From: an uncultured Enterocloster sp.
Lineage (GTDB): Bacteria; Bacillota; Clostridia; Lachnospirales; Lachnospiraceae
DNA: 48,937 nucleotides
Assembly: GCA_944376135.1 (NCBI GenBank)
Contig: CALWBS010000235.1
Location: 1 to 48,937 of the forward strand
Direction of reading: 5' to 3'
Both the position numbers and the translations under genes were made by a program. How positions within the stretch are numbered: position 1 is the first letter of the stretch; each line of letters starts with the position of its first letter. The notes below the pieces were generated by a model. That model was not told the DNA's origin, did no database searches, and saw only the letters and a list, made by a program, of their open reading frames with translations. Shown in pieces: positions 47,591 to 48,937 of this stretch.

Positions 47591-48355
47591 TCACTGCCTG
47601 GAGCGGTCCTGATATTCAGAGGGTGAGATGCCCACAATCTTTTTAAACTGGGCGCTGAAATAGGCGGTGTCCGAATATCCCGCCTGTTCAGCTGCCTCAT
47701 AAATTTTAATCCGGCAGTCCTTCAAAAGCTTCATAGCCACCTGCATCCGGTAATAGGTGAGGTAGCTGGTAAACGTATAATTCGTCTCTTTTTTAAAAAC
47801 ACGGCTCAAGTATCCTTCGCTGATTTCAAGATACTCCGCCACTGTACTGATCGTTATGTTTTCCCGGTAGTGCTCCCCTATAAAGGCAATCGCCTGCTCC
47901 ACATATTTGTTTTTCGTCTTTTTATCCGGATGGAATCGGAGTACAATGGATTCCTGCTCCTCCTCCCGCGCCCCGGAGCGCTCCTCCATCTCCTCAATGA
48001 TATGGGACACCGCATGCTCCAAATCCCCATCCTTTAACGGCTTTAAGAGGTAATCGCTCACCCCCAGGCGAAGGGCGCTCTGCGCGTATTTAAAATCACT
48101 GTAGGCCGTGAGAATCACAAAGCGGGCCCGGCACTTGGCAGCCCGAAGCTTCCCGATCATCTCCACCCCATCCATCCGCGGCATCTTCACATCCGTAATC
48201 ACGATGTCCGGTTCAATGCGCTCGATAATCTGCGCTCCCTCCTCCCCGTTGGCCGCCTCCCCAGCAATTACACAGTCCAGTGCTTTCCAGTCAATGGTAA
48301 GAATAATCCCTCTGCGCACCACGGTCTCATCTTCCACCACTACTACCTTGTACAT
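47591..48355 (-). CDS. YesN-like response regulator (receiver + AraC HTH)
   Basis: VVVEDE, TDVKMP, DYLLKP; C-terminal GYSDTAYFSAQFKK; start ATG 48355. Confidence 0.93.
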   Translation of the reverse strand: MYKVVVVEDETVVRRGIILTIDWKALDCVIAGEAANGEEGAQIIERIEPDIVITDVKMPRMDGVEMIGKLRAAKCRARFVILTAYSDFKYAQSALRLGVSDYLLKPLKDGDLEHAVSHIIEEMEERSGAREEEQESIVLRFHPDKKTKNKYVEQAIAFIGEHYRENITISTVAEYLEISEGYLSRVFKKETNYTFTSYLTYYRMQVAMKLLKDCRIKIYEAAEQAGYSDTAYFSAQFKKIVGISPSEYQDRSRQ

Positions 48356-48937
48356 CCTCCCCCTCCTTTCGTGCCGGCAGCGTAAGCGTAATCGTAGTCC
48401 CTTCCTTCGAGGCCTCCGCCCGCATCCCGTACTCTTCTCCATAATACAGCTTCAATATCTGAATTACATTAAACAGCCCCAGGTGCCCTTCCCGGCGGAC
48501 GGGAGACGGGCTGTTAATCCACCGCACCATTTCCCGCTCCATTCCCCTCCCGTCATCTGTAACAGAAATGCGCAGCACGTCTTCCTTTCGATCCGCATAT
48601 ATGCAGATATAACCGTTCTCACATCCCTCCAGCCCGTGAATAATGGCGTTCTCCACCAGAGGCTGCAAAAGCATTTTCGGAATCATACAGTCCTCCAATT
48701 GATCCGGTATCTCCGTCTCATACAGAAAACGCCCGGTAAAACGGATTTTCTGTATCCGTATGTAGCTGTCAATGGTCTCCAGCTCCTCCCTCAGTGTGGT
48801 GAACGGTTTTCCGGAAATACTCTTTCGCAGAATCACCGCCAGGTTTTCCGCCAAAACCGCGATCTCGGGAATCTGATGAATCTTGGCGCTCCAACGGATA
48901 GTGTCCAGCGTATTATAAAGAAAATGGGGATTCAGCT
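48327..48937 (-). CDS. YesM-like sensor histidine kinase, 5' part outside the window
   Basis: Frame is open to the window edge: LNPHFLYNTLD H-box, LQPLVENAIIHG, DDGRG, HLGLFNV. Confidence 0.92.
   Translation of the reverse strand, partial: LNPHFLYNTLDTIRWSAKIHQIPEIAVLAENLAVILRKSISGKPFTTLREELETIDSYIRIQKIRFTGRFLYETEIPDQLEDCMIPKMLLQPLVENAIIHGLEGCENGYICIYADRKEDVLRISVTDDGRGMEREMVRWINSPSPVRREGHLGLFNVIQILKLYYGEEYGMRAEASKEGTTITLTLPARKEGEDVQGSSGGR

Overview
Chromosomal segment of a Lachnospiraceae/Clostridiales-type Firmicute (inferred from gene content, T-box and promoter style). It carries mostly metabolism, transport and stress genes; no CRISPR array, rRNA, tRNA, transposase or phage genes were seen. 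In order: csoR-copA copper locus; two tandem Arc-type repressor genes (one missing from the ORF track); a 160-bp MITE-like inverted-repeat element; Amidase_6-type lipoprotein; T-box-controlled Fe-dependent dehydrogenase; a sigma54-type operon patB / amino-acid symporter / glutaredoxin / cysteine desulfidase-like; SOS Y-family polymerase + YolD; ahpF-like, ahpC, eno; AAA/PD-(D/E)XK protein; M16C peptidase; aldehyde dehydrogenase; MATE / cytidylate-kinase-like / ABC operon behind a structured attenuator-like leader; padR-DUF1700-pspC; AraC / GH31 / TRAP sugar locus; an AT-richer LacI / sulfatase / TTT island; EamA; yfcC-iadA; a YesMN-like two-component pair. Best leads: the unassigned switch-like leader before the MATE operon, the sigma54 cyst(e)ine catabolism operon with its downstream ambiguous T-box, and an in-frame internal start in copA that could yield a stand-alone CopZ-like chaperone. 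All calls come from reading motifs; no database search was run.
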